From Tortispora ganteri (taxonomy: Eukaryota): a stretch of 47,548 nt of DNA. Positions 10,754 to 21,416 of the stretch are shown one piece after another. The number at the start of each line of letters is the position of its first letter. Position 1 is the stretch's first letter. The stretch spans positions 496,001 through 543,548 of the forward strand of contig PPNB01000005.1 in NCBI GenBank assembly GCA_003707115.1, in the 5' to 3' direction. The notes under the pieces were generated by a model. It had not been told where the DNA came from, ran no database searches, and saw only the letters and a list, made by a program, of their open reading frames with translations. Made by a program: the position numbers and the translations under genes.

Positions 10754-10768
10754 GTGTGTGTGTGTGTG
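10754..10768. repeat. (GT)7 microsatellite, preceded by a 9-bp direct repeat TCAAAGTCT x2 (10732-10751)
   Basis: Read directly in the 82-nt gap between the ERG1 stop and the DUF2439 ATG. Confidence 0.85.
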
Positions 10769-10801
10769 CAAGAGATTAGTAATATTAGTAAGATGAATGT
10801 T

Positions 10802-12175
10802 CTAGGCCATAAACTCAGAGATAAGATAAGGAAGAATAACTGAAGAAGCAAGAATGATAGTAACGATCGAATCGTAGATTATAACTGGCGCGTAAACCCA
10901 GCCAAGTGATCTTGCGTGGACGCGTAACGAATAAAACGCGACGGCGAAAAAACGGTAGAAAAGAACATTTGGGTCCTCAAGTGTCGCTGCAAGCAGTCCA
11001 ATTGGTTCAGAGTAATTTTGTGGGCCGACTTTGAGGTACTCCACGCATCCGCGTTGCAGGATTTTCATGTGATAAGTTGAAGCTTCGAAAAGAGCGTATA
11101 ACGACTGTGCAAGGGTATTTACAGCTACACAGTATCGTTTTCGTAAAGAATGATGCACTTTCAGCTGTTTAGCAACCTTCTCAAAGTCATTGAGATCAGG
11201 AACAATAGACGGATTTAGTAGCTCAGACAGAAGATCTATATCTTTGAACACAACAGTCATGCCTCCACCAGTTAAAGGGTGTCTAACATTGAATGCGTCA
11301 CCCAAAAACACCACTCCGGGCGTACTATTAGAAGAACTTCCCAGGAATGAGCTGGGCATCGATCGTAGCTTTTGCGTGCGAAGGGCGTCGAGGTATGGTT
11401 GCTTGATAGCTTCAGGCAGCACTAGAGGCACCTTCTCGTTGAAATACTCCTTCATTTCGTCTGAGCTCCAGGACGGCAGCTTAGACCCCTTTATAGAGAC
11501 CAATATCCTGGTATCCTGAGGGTCTATTTGGTACAACAGGATAGGCGCTATGTCTGAAAGGATCACATGTCCGTGATTCGGCATCGGGAGCTTGGCGTCT
11601 TTGAGGATCAATGCAGCAAAATGTGAGTCTACTTTGATAGTAGATTTCACAAATTGCGACCTGAATTTCGAGAAAAGACCTTCTAAGACAATCGTCAGGG
11701 GCGCATGGTACTGCATGGTCTCGTTGGATTCCTTGTCTGTACAACTGACGCCAAGGACATGGCCCGTCTCCTCGTCTCGAAGAAGCTCGTTAACCGTAGC
11801 AGTAATGCACGTAACGTTTGGAGCCTCTTTAGCGGCTTTGCGAAGGTTCATTATTAGGCGACCATGATGGAATGCACGTCCGTGTACGGAAGAGTCTGCA
11901 GAGTTGTATGGGAGATGTACTATGTTACCGTTGTATACGACAGCGTAGCCGTATGTGTTTATCCCATCAATACCGTCAATAACCCACTCTAAATCCATTT
12001 TTTTAAGTGCATCTATGCCACCTGGCTGCAAAAGTTCGCCTACTATCCGATCGGGCATCGACCAGTCACGCTCAATCAAGAGGACGCTTCGCCCTTGCCG
12101 ACCCAGCACTGCAGCAGCCGCACATCCACCAACACCTGCTCCAAATATGATTACATCAAAATTTGACGACCCCAT
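10802..12175 (-). CDS. ERG1: Squalene epoxidase
   Basis: FAD motif DVIIFGAGVGG, PDRIVGELLQPGG, GRAFHHGR, GDAFNVRHPLTGGGMTV and hydrophobic C-terminus. First ATG at 12175 (MGSSNF). Confidence 0.97.
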   Translation of the reverse strand: MGSSNFDVIIFGAGVGGCAAAAVLGRQGRSVLLIERDWSMPDRIVGELLQPGGIDALKKMDLEWVIDGIDGINTYGYAVVYNGNIVHLPYNSADSSVHGRAFHHGRLIMNLRKAAKEAPNVTCITATVNELLRDEETGHVLGVSCTDKESNETMQYHAPLTIVLEGLFSKFRSQFVKSTIKVDSHFAALILKDAKLPMPNHGHVILSDIAPILLYQIDPQDTRILVSIKGSKLPSWSSDEMKEYFNEKVPLVLPEAIKQPYLDALRTQKLRSMPSSFLGSSSNSTPGVVFLGDAFNVRHPLTGGGMTVVFKDIDLLSELLNPSIVPDLNDFEKVAKQLKVHHSLRKRYCVAVNTLAQSLYALFEASTYHMKILQRGCVEYLKVGPQNYSEPIGLLAATLEDPNVLFYRFFAVAFYSLRVHARSLGWVYAPVIIYDSIVTIILASSVILPYLISEFMA

Positions 12176-12360
12176 TTTGTTTATGAAAAATTTAATGCCG
12201 CCTTTATCTTCTTGCAGCACGTCAAAAAGTGGTGTGAGGATGATAAGTCTCGAGGGTAGACCTAATTTTTTGGGAGAAATGTGCTCGTGCACGTGATTCC
12301 TTAGATCGCGACCGCCCCTCTGACTTCTTTTTCATCTTTTACAAACGACTCGCGTCCACA

Positions 12361-12558
12361 ATGGAGACCCCGAGAATCACTGGAACAAGCTCCTCGGCAC
12401 CTGAAATAGAGGATCTGCATAATATACCTGATATAGAGTATCCGGATTCGCCCTCGCTAAACACCACTAGCGCAACCGAAGCTCAAGACGACCTGATCAC
12501 GCGAAAACTCTTAGAATTAGAGCATCAAAGTGCGGATCTCGTCCACAGTGAACGGTAA
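12361..12558 (+). CDS. Possible small acidic orphan protein (65 aa), overlapping the COG6 3' end by 42 nt
   Basis: ATG in good context (ACA-ATG-G), divergent from ERG1, protein-like composition with amphipathic DDLITRKLLELE; no family recognised. Confidence 0.35.
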   Translation: METPRITGTSSSAPEIEDLHNIPDIEYPDSPSLNTTSATEAQDDLITRKLLELEHQSADLVHSER

Positions 12559-14415
12559 TAGTTCGGCTTCTTGTATTGCGCTTTGTGCTTCCGCGTACTC
12601 GGCTACGAAATTATCTGTGGCTTGGCGAATAACTGCCTGTTTGATCCGCGGTGATGACAGCTTGTCGACGACCGCGTTCGGGATCTCCGACAAAAACCGC
12701 TGTATTTTGTCAGAGATTTCTCCTTTCGCGTCATTCAGGTTTCTTATTCCCGAAGAGTCCAGGTACAAATTAGTCTGGATCGCGACCAACTCGTTCTGTA
12801 GGTCTACGAGCTGCGCGTCCATGTCATTGACATAGTCCTGAACAAATAAGTACTGAATCAGCGTATTGCGCGCACACTCAATGCAATTCGCCTGGTACAC
12901 CTCTCTCGCTCCCGGGGTTTTATCAGACAAGGATAAGTTGAGTGCTAGTTCCAGGTACGGAGAGACCAGCTTCTCGTATATTGGCTTAAACTCCTCGACA
13001 CGTTCTGAGTTCGTCTTCGTGAACGGCGCCGACTCATAGTTCTTCATTACTTTAGCAGCACGATCAATTGCTTGTACAAGGATATCAGGCGGTAGCAGAT
13101 CTTGGCTTACTGGCGCACGAGACAGCTCACTTTTTGCAACATTAAATTCCGAATCAAGTGTCGCGAAGAACTTATCAGACGTCTCTTTCAATAGCGACTG
13201 CAAAGCCTCGACAATTGCGGCCGCAGAGTCGCCTGTTCTCGCGAAAGTTTTTGATATAGCAAATATGTAAAATCCTATAGTCGAATACACTTCGTAAAGC
13301 TCTGTCGCAGAAGTGCATGATGCAATAACGTGCGTCACGCGTGTCCTAAGCTCGTTCAGGGCGCTAACAAGACTCTGATCGGCAAGGTCCTGTACAGATT
13401 TTAGTAGATCCACTTCAAATACCTGGTTGAACCAATAGTCGCCTGCGCTTGATTGCCTCAATGCCTGTGTTACCTCTTCAGAGAAAACGAGTCTAATAAC
13501 TTCGGCTTCTGATATCGCCGCCGAGTAGATCCATGCAAGCATATCGCCCACATACCGGACGGGGTCCATTGCATTAATTTCTATTGGCATATTACCATTC
13601 TCCGAAGACGTGATAGCTTTAAAAAACTGTCGAGAGATATCAGCTCGCCGGTTTTCGATCACTCGTCCAAGGGCGGCTTTTAATAAAATAGACCGTTGAG
13701 CCAGCACGGTGAGCATTTTGCGGATAGTGAGCCGGCGATCAGCAGTTATATGCGAGTCAGAAAAAAGGTTAAGAACATTGACAACGGTTACGTCCTCGAG
13801 TCGTCTATAAGCATCTTCGATGACAGCAGAGAGGTTCTGGGCGATGTTCATGCCCGCGTCGATATCGTCACCCGTGAGGAGCGCTTCCGTGCGGTTATAC
13901 ATCTCTTGGGCTTTAGACAATGTAGCAAAAAATTCAGGATGAAGACCAGGCTCGGTGGACTTCAATATAGATAATTCTGTATCTGACAATGTGAATGCCT
14001 GGAAATAGGCATCGAGGACTTTTATTTGTGTAGCTAGCTCGGATTCCTTAGTGGTGAGCCTCTGTGTGACCTCGACCACTGGTTTCGAAATAGCTACAGC
14101 TTGCTCTATATCGGCGTCAATTTTGCCAAGTTTAGCGTTAATAAGATCAATTGATTGCCCAAGCATACGAATTCGTTCTGCGACAATTTCAAACTCTCTT
14201 AGCGCCTTACCGTTTATATCGAGGATCTCCTGCTCGGCGCTAGCGCGTAGATTCCTTCGGGTATCTGCGTCGTTCGCCGAGATGCGCGAGCTTAAAATTT
14301 TTAGTGCCTTGCGCAATTCCACATCTGTATAAGACGTCGCTAGTACTCTGCTGGTAGCAGCGGCTACAGGACTTGCACCACTACCCAGTTTCGGCTCCTG
14401 AATCGTCGTGTCCAT
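12517..14415 (-). CDS. COG6: Conserved oligomeric Golgi complex subunit 6
   Basis: Motifs RVLATSYTDVELRKALKIL, TRRNLR, VLDAYFQAFTLS and PIEINAMDPVRYVGDMLAWIYSA; all-helical 632 aa. Confidence 0.93.
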   Translation of the reverse strand: MDTTIQEPKLGSGASPVAAATSRVLATSYTDVELRKALKILSSRISANDADTRRNLRASAEQEILDINGKALREFEIVAERIRMLGQSIDLINAKLGKIDADIEQAVAISKPVVEVTQRLTTKESELATQIKVLDAYFQAFTLSDTELSILKSTEPGLHPEFFATLSKAQEMYNRTEALLTGDDIDAGMNIAQNLSAVIEDAYRRLEDVTVVNVLNLFSDSHITADRRLTIRKMLTVLAQRSILLKAALGRVIENRRADISRQFFKAITSSENGNMPIEINAMDPVRYVGDMLAWIYSAAISEAEVIRLVFSEEVTQALRQSSAGDYWFNQVFEVDLLKSVQDLADQSLVSALNELRTRVTHVIASCTSATELYEVYSTIGFYIFAISKTFARTGDSAAAIVEALQSLLKETSDKFFATLDSEFNVAKSELSRAPVSQDLLPPDILVQAIDRAAKVMKNYESAPFTKTNSERVEEFKPIYEKLVSPYLELALNLSLSDKTPGAREVYQANCIECARNTLIQYLFVQDYVNDMDAQLVDLQNELVAIQTNLYLDSSGIRNLNDAKGEISDKIQRFLSEIPNAVVDKLSSPRIKQAVIRQATDNFVAEYAEAQSAIQEAELLPFTVDEIRTLML

Positions 14416-14564
14416 TCTGGTGAAAGTGTGCTTGGTGTAGCGACTTGCAATTTGTCAAATGTCCCAAATAGGGTCAAGGGTTAAAGGGATTCTATTATCC
14501 GCTTAAGAAAAAATGTGTGATGGAGAAAGACTACGATTATAGAAATACAGACGACATTTTTCCA

Positions 14565-15524
14565 ATGGATCTGGTTAATTCTTTGAGTGACAGATTACTT
14601 TTTGCTGTTCCAAAGAAGGGAAGATTGTATGAACAGTGTTTGGCTCTATTGCGCGGAGCCGATATACAGTTCAGAAGACACAACAGGCTCGATATTGCAC
14701 TGTCCACCAATCTGCAGGTTGCGCTGGTATTCTTGCCTGCTGCGGACATTCCGCGGTTTGTGGCCGAGGGCAGAGTGGCGCTCGGTATAACTGGTGTTGA
14801 TCAAGTTAAGGAAAGCGAGGCCGATGTTGAAATGACGTGTCCGCTGAACTTCGGCAAGTGCAAGCTTCAGGTGCAGGTACCTAAAGACGGAAGCATTTCT
14901 GAGCCTCACCATCTTATTGGCAAGTCAGTCGTTACTTCGTTCACTCATTTGGCCACTAAATACTTTGCAGAGCTTGAAGGCGTGCCCTGCGACGGCCCGA
15001 TCTACGAGGTTCAGGAGAAACTAAAGACCTCAATAAAGTACGTTGGCGGCAGTGTCGAGGCTGCCTGTGCGCTCGGCTTAGCAGACGGTATAGTCGATCT
15101 TGTTGAGTCCGGAGAGACCATGAAGGCCGCTGGACTGAAAGCTATTGCTACTGTACTAGACACTGAGGCTACTATTATCTCGTCCAAGAAGCCCGAAGCG
15201 TTCCTCGTGGCCTCTGAGGAAGGCGCTGAGAGCAAAGAAGACCACCATGATTTGGTTGATTTAATAATACGACGGATAAGGGGTGTAGTTGATGCGCAAA
15301 AGTACGTTCTGTGTACATTCAATGCTCCTAAAAAGGTGCTACCAGACCTGCTCCGAGTGACTCCAGGCCGCCGTGCAGCCACAGTATCACCGCTAGAAGA
15401 CACAGACTGGGTCGCTGTCAGTAGTATGGTGCTCAAGGGCGATATCGCCTTGAAAATGGATGAACTAGAGAAATACGGAGCTAGTGATATCCTAGTATTT
15501 AATATCTCCAATTCGAGAAATTAG
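14565..15524 (+). CDS. HIS1: ATP phosphoribosyltransferase
   Basis: MDLVNSLSDRLLFAVPKKGRL matches the yeast His1 N-terminus; also GSVEAACALGLADGIVDLVESGETM and TPGRRAATVSPL. An in-frame upstream ATG at 14520 could add 15 aa. Confidence 0.97.
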   Translation: MDLVNSLSDRLLFAVPKKGRLYEQCLALLRGADIQFRRHNRLDIALSTNLQVALVFLPAADIPRFVAEGRVALGITGVDQVKESEADVEMTCPLNFGKCKLQVQVPKDGSISEPHHLIGKSVVTSFTHLATKYFAELEGVPCDGPIYEVQEKLKTSIKYVGGSVEAACALGLADGIVDLVESGETMKAAGLKAIATVLDTEATIISSKKPEAFLVASEEGAESKEDHHDLVDLIIRRIRGVVDAQKYVLCTFNAPKKVLPDLLRVTPGRRAATVSPLEDTDWVAVSSMVLKGDIALKMDELEKYGASDILVFNISNSRN

Positions 15525-15660
15525 TACTGATCTTACTCATCGCCTCTTGCAAAAATAGTAATTAGGCTTTCCTATTGGTCAATACCTGGGAAGGATTTCT
15601 TACACTTCCACTATAGCTATTTTTCCTTCATTTCTTTAGAACATATAAAGATCGTAATCT

Positions 15661-17076
15661 ATGGCCGATAAAATAGAGCCTGTGGAGAGAAGCGGTGCAG
15701 ATCTCAATACCTCTGGCAATATCGAAGCTATAAAATCAGTTGCGGACGAAGTGGCTGATCTGACAGTAGACGAAACTGCACTTGAAAACCGTGCACATAA
15801 TGTAGCTCCTGGCGAGTTCGAGTTCTTTGCTAAATCGCACAACCGAGTAGTAGACAAAGCTAATAGAGCAACTAGAGAACAAGTACTTGATCCACGCACT
15901 ACCCGCATCCTTGAAAAGCTCCTGTCTAGAGAAATCGTCGCAGAGATACATGGCTGTATCAGTACCGGCAAAGAAGCAAATGTATACCATGCTATAACTG
16001 CTGATGGCGTACATAGAGCCATAAAAATATACAAGACTTCTATACTAATATTTAAGGACCGTGATAGGTACGTCTCAGGAGAGTTTCGGTTCCGGTCAGG
16101 TTACTCGCGACACAACCCGCGCAAAATGGTAAAAGTGTGGGCCGAGAAAGAAATGCGCAATCTCAAAAGGTTATACAAAAACAAAATACCCTCTCCTGAA
16201 CCTATATTTTTGAAAGACCACGTACTAGTTATGGATTTCCTCGGTGATAAAAGTGGGTGGGCTTGGCCACGACTCCATGACGCCGTATCTGATCTGTCGG
16301 AAGATCAAATTCTCACCTGTTATCTGCAGCTCGTAGCATTCATGCATATCATGTATCACGACTGCCATCTAGTACATGCAGATCTAAGCGAGTACAATAT
16401 ACTATACCACGATGATCTTCTGTACATTATCGATGTTTCCCAAAGCGTCGAGCACGATCATCCTGCAAGCCTTGATTTCTTGCGTATGGATATCAAAAAC
16501 GTCTCTAAGTTTTTCTCAAAGTATGGCGTCAACGTATTCAGCGAGAGAGCTATGTTTGAAATAATAGCTACTGAAGATTTGATCAAGAAACTGCCCGAAA
16601 GAAATCTCGAAACCATACTTAGTCATCTCAGGAGTCTGGACAGATCTGAAGTGTCGGAACAACAAATTCTAGACGACAACGTATTTCGCCAGGTGTACGT
16701 ACCTAGACATCTGGACGATATATTAGACGCAGAAGATCACATGGAAAAACTCGTGCGAGGCGAAAGAGATGACTTGGTAGAACGCAAACTCGTGCTGGAC
16801 GACAGCACTGATAGCAGTGACGAGCACCAAAGTGATGATTACGACAGTGATAGTGATGATGAAAATGACAGAAATACTGACGAAGAAGGTTCTAGCAGCG
16901 ACAGTTCATGGGAAAATAGAGAAAACCAGCCCAAGGGGAAGAAATTCGAAAATAAGGAGGCCAAAAGACAGCGGCAACAAGAACAGAAAGAGGCTGCGAG
17001 GGAAAAGAGAAAGCATAAAATCAAGAAACACGTTAAAAAGAGACAAGAAAAGCTTGCAGCTCGAGGAAGGAAATAA
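15661..17076 (+). CDS. RIO1: Atypical kinase Rio1 (40S maturation)
   Basis: GCISTGKEANVYHA, KIYKTSILIFKDRDRYVSGEFRFR, LVHADLSEYNIL, IIDVSQSVEHDHP; acidic then Lys-rich tail. Confidence 0.97.
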   Translation: MADKIEPVERSGADLNTSGNIEAIKSVADEVADLTVDETALENRAHNVAPGEFEFFAKSHNRVVDKANRATREQVLDPRTTRILEKLLSREIVAEIHGCISTGKEANVYHAITADGVHRAIKIYKTSILIFKDRDRYVSGEFRFRSGYSRHNPRKMVKVWAEKEMRNLKRLYKNKIPSPEPIFLKDHVLVMDFLGDKSGWAWPRLHDAVSDLSEDQILTCYLQLVAFMHIMYHDCHLVHADLSEYNILYHDDLLYIIDVSQSVEHDHPASLDFLRMDIKNVSKFFSKYGVNVFSERAMFEIIATEDLIKKLPERNLETILSHLRSLDRSEVSEQQILDDNVFRQVYVPRHLDDILDAEDHMEKLVRGERDDLVERKLVLDDSTDSSDEHQSDDYDSDSDDENDRNTDEEGSSSDSSWENRENQPKGKKFENKEAKRQRQQEQKEAAREKRKHKIKKHVKKRQEKLAARGRK

Positions 17077-17092
17077 ATAATAACATATACCG

Positions 17093-18409
17093 TCACTTAT
17101 TATTATGTGCTAGACGGGCAGTGGCATTTGCTGTGTCTTCTTCCGAGATTTCAGGAAGTGCTGAAGATGCCTGAGAAATAATCTCAAATTGTTTAGGAGG
17201 ATCGACCAAGCCTGGCCAGAGATCACTGGGAAGAAATTCTCCATGTGTTGATAGGAAGTTCTGCCGTAGAGAACTTTCTGCGTCTAGTTTTGTCTTAAGA
17301 ACAGACATGAACTGATCAAATAGTTGTGTAATTGAATCGTCAAATTCTTGCCGTCTCTTTATTTCCAGTATCATAGAGTCATATCCTATAGCAAACCTGG
17401 TATAGTGATCCCGCAAAGCCACAAGTTCATTAAGAAGAGTTTCTATGGCAGATATAGATTGAGAGAAGTTGTTCTTAAAAGATCCCACACGGTCGATGAA
17501 ATGTGCGAGTTTACCCTCTTGCAATTTTGTTATCGAATTAACACAATTCGAGATCAGCTGTTCTAGTTGTTTAACTGTGCTTGCATAGATCTCTATCTCC
17601 TCACCTTTTGATACAATATCCCTGTACTGCGCGCTTATTTCGGAAAGAACCGTGTCTACGTGGTATGCGTCTTCACGGACAATGGCTTCGAGTTCTTCTC
17701 TCTCTAGCGAGCTTAAATGATCAGCATTCGGCTCAACAGCTTCACTGCATTGGTCGTAGTGTTTTGCTAGCGACTCAAGCAGTTCAGCTAATACCTCAGA
17801 ATTATAATTCATCTTGTTTAGTGCCGCGATAGCGTCACTGGACACGGCAAGCGTATCGTTGACTTTGACTGGCGTAGACCGAAGCAGTCCGGAGAATTCG
17901 GTGTTCTTCACAATAGAAGAGTATTGTAATTTAAATTCCGTGAGCTCTTTCTCAAAGCAGTCTACATCTTCAGTGTAAAGATCGAGATCAGTTTGGATGC
18001 TAACAATGTAATGATCTAGCTGTGTTCTCACATGTTCGATCCCGTTGTCAGAGACGAAATCATCGAGCAATTTTTTCGAGGGCAATTTGAGTGATGGCAC
18101 AAGTTTGGTGGCATGTAGTACCGAGAGCGCCTCCTCTAGGTACTCATAGGCCTGATCAAGGTCAATTAGTAGGCTCTTTAGCGTATCGTTAGAATTTGAT
18201 TGGGTTGCTTTCAATAGATTAAGGAATGCGTCAAGGAGTTTGCACTGCTCGTTAAGCGAATTGTACACAAACAACGATTGCGCCAGGTTTCCCGATACCG
18301 TGCTAAACTTGTCTTGCAGCTGCGTTATCAGTGACTCTGCATCGGAGCAGGTGGCCTGCGCAGATTCAAGCGCCACTTTTGATTCTATGAACCACGTCGC
18401 CAGCGACAT
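17093..18409 (-). CDS. ATG17: Autophagy scaffold Atg17
   Basis: Coiled-coil protein with LAELLESLAKHYDQC, YDSMILEIKRR and RQNFLSTHGEFLPSDLWPGL. First ATG at 18409. Confidence 0.9.
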   Translation of the reverse strand: MSLATWFIESKVALESAQATCSDAESLITQLQDKFSTVSGNLAQSLFVYNSLNEQCKLLDAFLNLLKATQSNSNDTLKSLLIDLDQAYEYLEEALSVLHATKLVPSLKLPSKKLLDDFVSDNGIEHVRTQLDHYIVSIQTDLDLYTEDVDCFEKELTEFKLQYSSIVKNTEFSGLLRSTPVKVNDTLAVSSDAIAALNKMNYNSEVLAELLESLAKHYDQCSEAVEPNADHLSSLEREELEAIVREDAYHVDTVLSEISAQYRDIVSKGEEIEIYASTVKQLEQLISNCVNSITKLQEGKLAHFIDRVGSFKNNFSQSISAIETLLNELVALRDHYTRFAIGYDSMILEIKRRQEFDDSITQLFDQFMSVLKTKLDAESSLRQNFLSTHGEFLPSDLWPGLVDPPKQFEIISQASSALPEISEEDTANATARLAHNNK

Positions 18410-18573
18410 ACAAAAGTAATGGTGCAACCTTATCGTCAATAGAGTTGGAGGCAAAATAAGTAGTACGATTTACCCTAGCAACGATGACGTGCTAGATGGG
18501 AGAGTGGTGTCCATAAGTATATGGACTGAGAAACCTGATCTTTTTTGTACACTCTTTCTGTGAATTTAAAAAG

Positions 18574-20289
18574 ATGAATCATTTGCCAACTATCCGAGCG
18601 GCGTCAGGAGAAGTGACGCACTTGCGGTCGGAAGTGGCATCAGAGGCTTCTGCTCCCAGCAGAAAGCTGTTCTGCTACAGACATCATCCTGACTACCGTT
18701 ATCGTCGAATGGCCGATGCATCTGCCATGGAGGAGCTACAATCAGAACTTGACAAGATGTCAAAAACCGAGAAGGAAGAAGTATCTAGGGTGTGGGCGAT
18801 TTTTTCAAACTCTTCTGCAGCCTGCAGAAACGTTATTTTGAAAGGTATATTGTCTCAATGTTGTTCTCCTCAGTTGTCCTACGCATCTTCTTTATGTTCC
18901 AATCTTAGCCGAGTCGACATTTTGTCTTTACTTCCTGCGGAAATCTCTACAACAATACTCTCGTACTTGGATGCCTGGTCACTTTGCAATGCAGCGCAGG
19001 TATGCAAGCGGTGGAACCAGCTGGCGGATTCTGACGCTGTCTGGTTCAAGATGTGTGAACAGCACATCGACCGCAAATGCGCGAAATGCGGTTGGGGTCT
19101 GCCACTGATGGAGACCGAAAGAAATATTGCTGCTTCTCAATGCGCGGCCGCAGGAACAAAAAGAAAATCAGACGGTAGCAACTGTTCAAAGGTGCAGCTG
19201 ACCCGACCCTGGAAGGAGGTCTATCGCGAACGATGTATAATTGAGCGCAACTGGCGCACCGGAAGGCACAGACTTTCTATATGGGATGCTCACGCTGACG
19301 GAATAAGGTGTCTTGGTATGACAAACGACGTCTTAATTACCGGCTCATATGACACTACTGTGAAGATCTGGGATTTGAAGAGCGGGACTCGTGGGAAACT
19401 GCTGCGCACACTCACTGGTCACACTCGCTGCGTCACAGGCCTCGCTTTGTCTGGTGGCAAACTCGCTACAGCATCAATGGATAACACTATTAAGATCTGG
19501 AATCGCCACACTGGCGCTTGTCTTTCTACACTCCGCGGCCACAGAGCTGGAGTGGTATCCATCGACTTCAACGGTACAGTTGTTGCGTCAGGAGACACCG
19601 ACGGAATTATAAAGATATGCAACTTTTCTGACAAGAGCTGTTTTGCACTGCAAGCACATATAGGTGGAGTGAACTCAGTCAAGCTTTTGCAGGGTGCCGA
19701 CCTACTACTTTCAAGCGGCGACGATTCTAAGGCTATGCTCTGGGATCTACGGACTAAACAGGTAGTGAGAGAGTTCCAAGGTCATATCGCTCCAGTGGTG
19801 CAAGCTTTACCTGTATACGGGAGCGATTTGAAGGTTGATGTAGAAGACTCTAACGGAAGCTGTACGAACGCGAACGAGTTTGAGAACGCGACAGGTACCG
19901 GGACATCGGACCAAAGCATGATGAAGATGATCGATTACGACGACCACGACACCGTGAACCACGAGCATGCCAAGAAAGGATTCAAGAAGCCGAACTATAT
20001 TATTACGTCTTCACTCGATAACACAATCAGAATATTCGATATCCGTACAGGAAGATGCGTGCGAGCGATGATGGGACACATTGAAGGTGTATGGGCGCTA
20101 GATGTGGATTCGTTTAGGGTGCTGTCGGGAAGTCAAGACAGCACGGCCAAGGTATGGGATCTTCAGACCGGATTATGTCTACGAACGTTTACGGGGCACG
20201 TCGGTGCAGTTAATTGCGTTTCATTGGGCGATTCATGTATGGTGACGGCTTCTGATTCGGGTTCGGTCAGGTTTTACGATTACAGGTAA
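18574..20289 (+). CDS. MET30: F-box/WD40 sulfur controller Met30/SconB
   Basis: FCYRHHPD, ILKGILSQCCSPQLSY, F-box LLPAEISTTILSYLD, MCEQHIDRKCAKCGWGLPL, RPWKEVY, then WD40 repeats. Confidence 0.95.
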   Translation: MNHLPTIRAASGEVTHLRSEVASEASAPSRKLFCYRHHPDYRYRRMADASAMEELQSELDKMSKTEKEEVSRVWAIFSNSSAACRNVILKGILSQCCSPQLSYASSLCSNLSRVDILSLLPAEISTTILSYLDAWSLCNAAQVCKRWNQLADSDAVWFKMCEQHIDRKCAKCGWGLPLMETERNIAASQCAAAGTKRKSDGSNCSKVQLTRPWKEVYRERCIIERNWRTGRHRLSIWDAHADGIRCLGMTNDVLITGSYDTTVKIWDLKSGTRGKLLRTLTGHTRCVTGLALSGGKLATASMDNTIKIWNRHTGACLSTLRGHRAGVVSIDFNGTVVASGDTDGIIKICNFSDKSCFALQAHIGGVNSVKLLQGADLLLSSGDDSKAMLWDLRTKQVVREFQGHIAPVVQALPVYGSDLKVDVEDSNGSCTNANEFENATGTGTSDQSMMKMIDYDDHDTVNHEHAKKGFKKPNYIITSSLDNTIRIFDIRTGRCVRAMMGHIEGVWALDVDSFRVLSGSQDSTAKVWDLQTGLCLRTFTGHVGAVNCVSLGDSCMVTASDSGSVRFYDYR

Positions 20290-20402
20290 ATGGGATAAGG
20301 TACGACGTGGGAGGTGGGAACACGCCAACACACACATTTATTGCACTCACACTCTTACAATAACACGGTATAACACGCAAAAAGTAAAAAAAAAACATTA
20401 GA

Positions 20403-20684
20403 ATGTCCAGAAAAGAATCGAAAACCAAGTTTCCTGTTGCAAGGATAAAGAAAATAATGCAGGCGGACGATGAGATTGGTAAAGTTGCCCAGGTGGCACC
20501 GATGCTAGTATCGAAATCGCTCGAACTGTTTATGATATCGCTGGTACAGGCATCAGTGGAACAAGCACAGGAAAAGGGACACCGTAAAGTGCTGCCGGGC
20601 CATGTTAAACTGGCGGTAGAAAAAAATGAGCAATTTGATTTTCTCGCCGACGTGATGGAGAAGTATCCGAACATAGCGGATTAG
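20403..20684 (+). CDS. BUR6: NC2 alpha (DRAP1) histone-fold repressor subunit
   Basis: KTKFPVARIKKIMQADDEIGKVAQVAP...SKSLELFM...EQFDFLADV. Confidence 0.93.
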   Translation: MSRKESKTKFPVARIKKIMQADDEIGKVAQVAPMLVSKSLELFMISLVQASVEQAQEKGHRKVLPGHVKLAVEKNEQFDFLADVMEKYPNIAD

Positions 20685-21416
20685 TTTACATGAATGCAGG
20701 TTTTTTTTATATGGGGGGAACTAATAGTAATGAATGTCATTTTGTATTCTTTAGCGTATATAAAAGTGTAAGATTCCCCTTTACTTAATTCCAAGTCCGC
20801 ATCTGATATCATAGTAAAGAGGTCCGACAATTGACAACACGAATAATCCGGCAAATGGATAAATCAAAGCCTTGGACCGCGGGTGTCGGAGGTAGATAGG
20901 GACGTTCTTCTTGCTCTGGAACATCCTCTGGTATTCCGGAACGGGGTTCTTGTTGTTAAACTAGATTTTCTAGTTAGTATTACTTCGTATCGACAATTAC
21001 GCTCCATTACTTACCATCTTCTAGTTGATCGAGTTTCCTTTTCCTATGTAAAAGCACGCCGCTTGCTTGGTAGGTGTAAAAGTCTCCTTACCTTTTTCTC
21101 TCACTTACTGTTTGGAACCAATTTGTCACGTGATATTATCACCCGATTCCCTCCGCTTTTCCGGCTTTGCTATTGGCTGACCTCCAGCTAACCCAAACAC
21201 ATCACCACTCCACCAAAATATAAAACTCTCCTATCAAATCCCCTTCTATATTTTGGTCTTCTGACACCTCCTGACTCACTCATAACCATCACAAACCTGA
21301 AATCTACTACTTTATATTGTCTAATAACATTGCATTATTGCATATTACCTTGTCACCAGCAGAAATTCTCTCTTCTCTTGATCTAGTTCGCCTCCTCTAG
21401 TTAACCCCCCTGCACT

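Noticed and set aside
20883..21191. 102-aa GTG-start ORF upstream of MDM34
   Set aside because: No ATG and no motif; the region looks like promoter/5' leader (TCACGTGA at ~21127, CT-rich tract).
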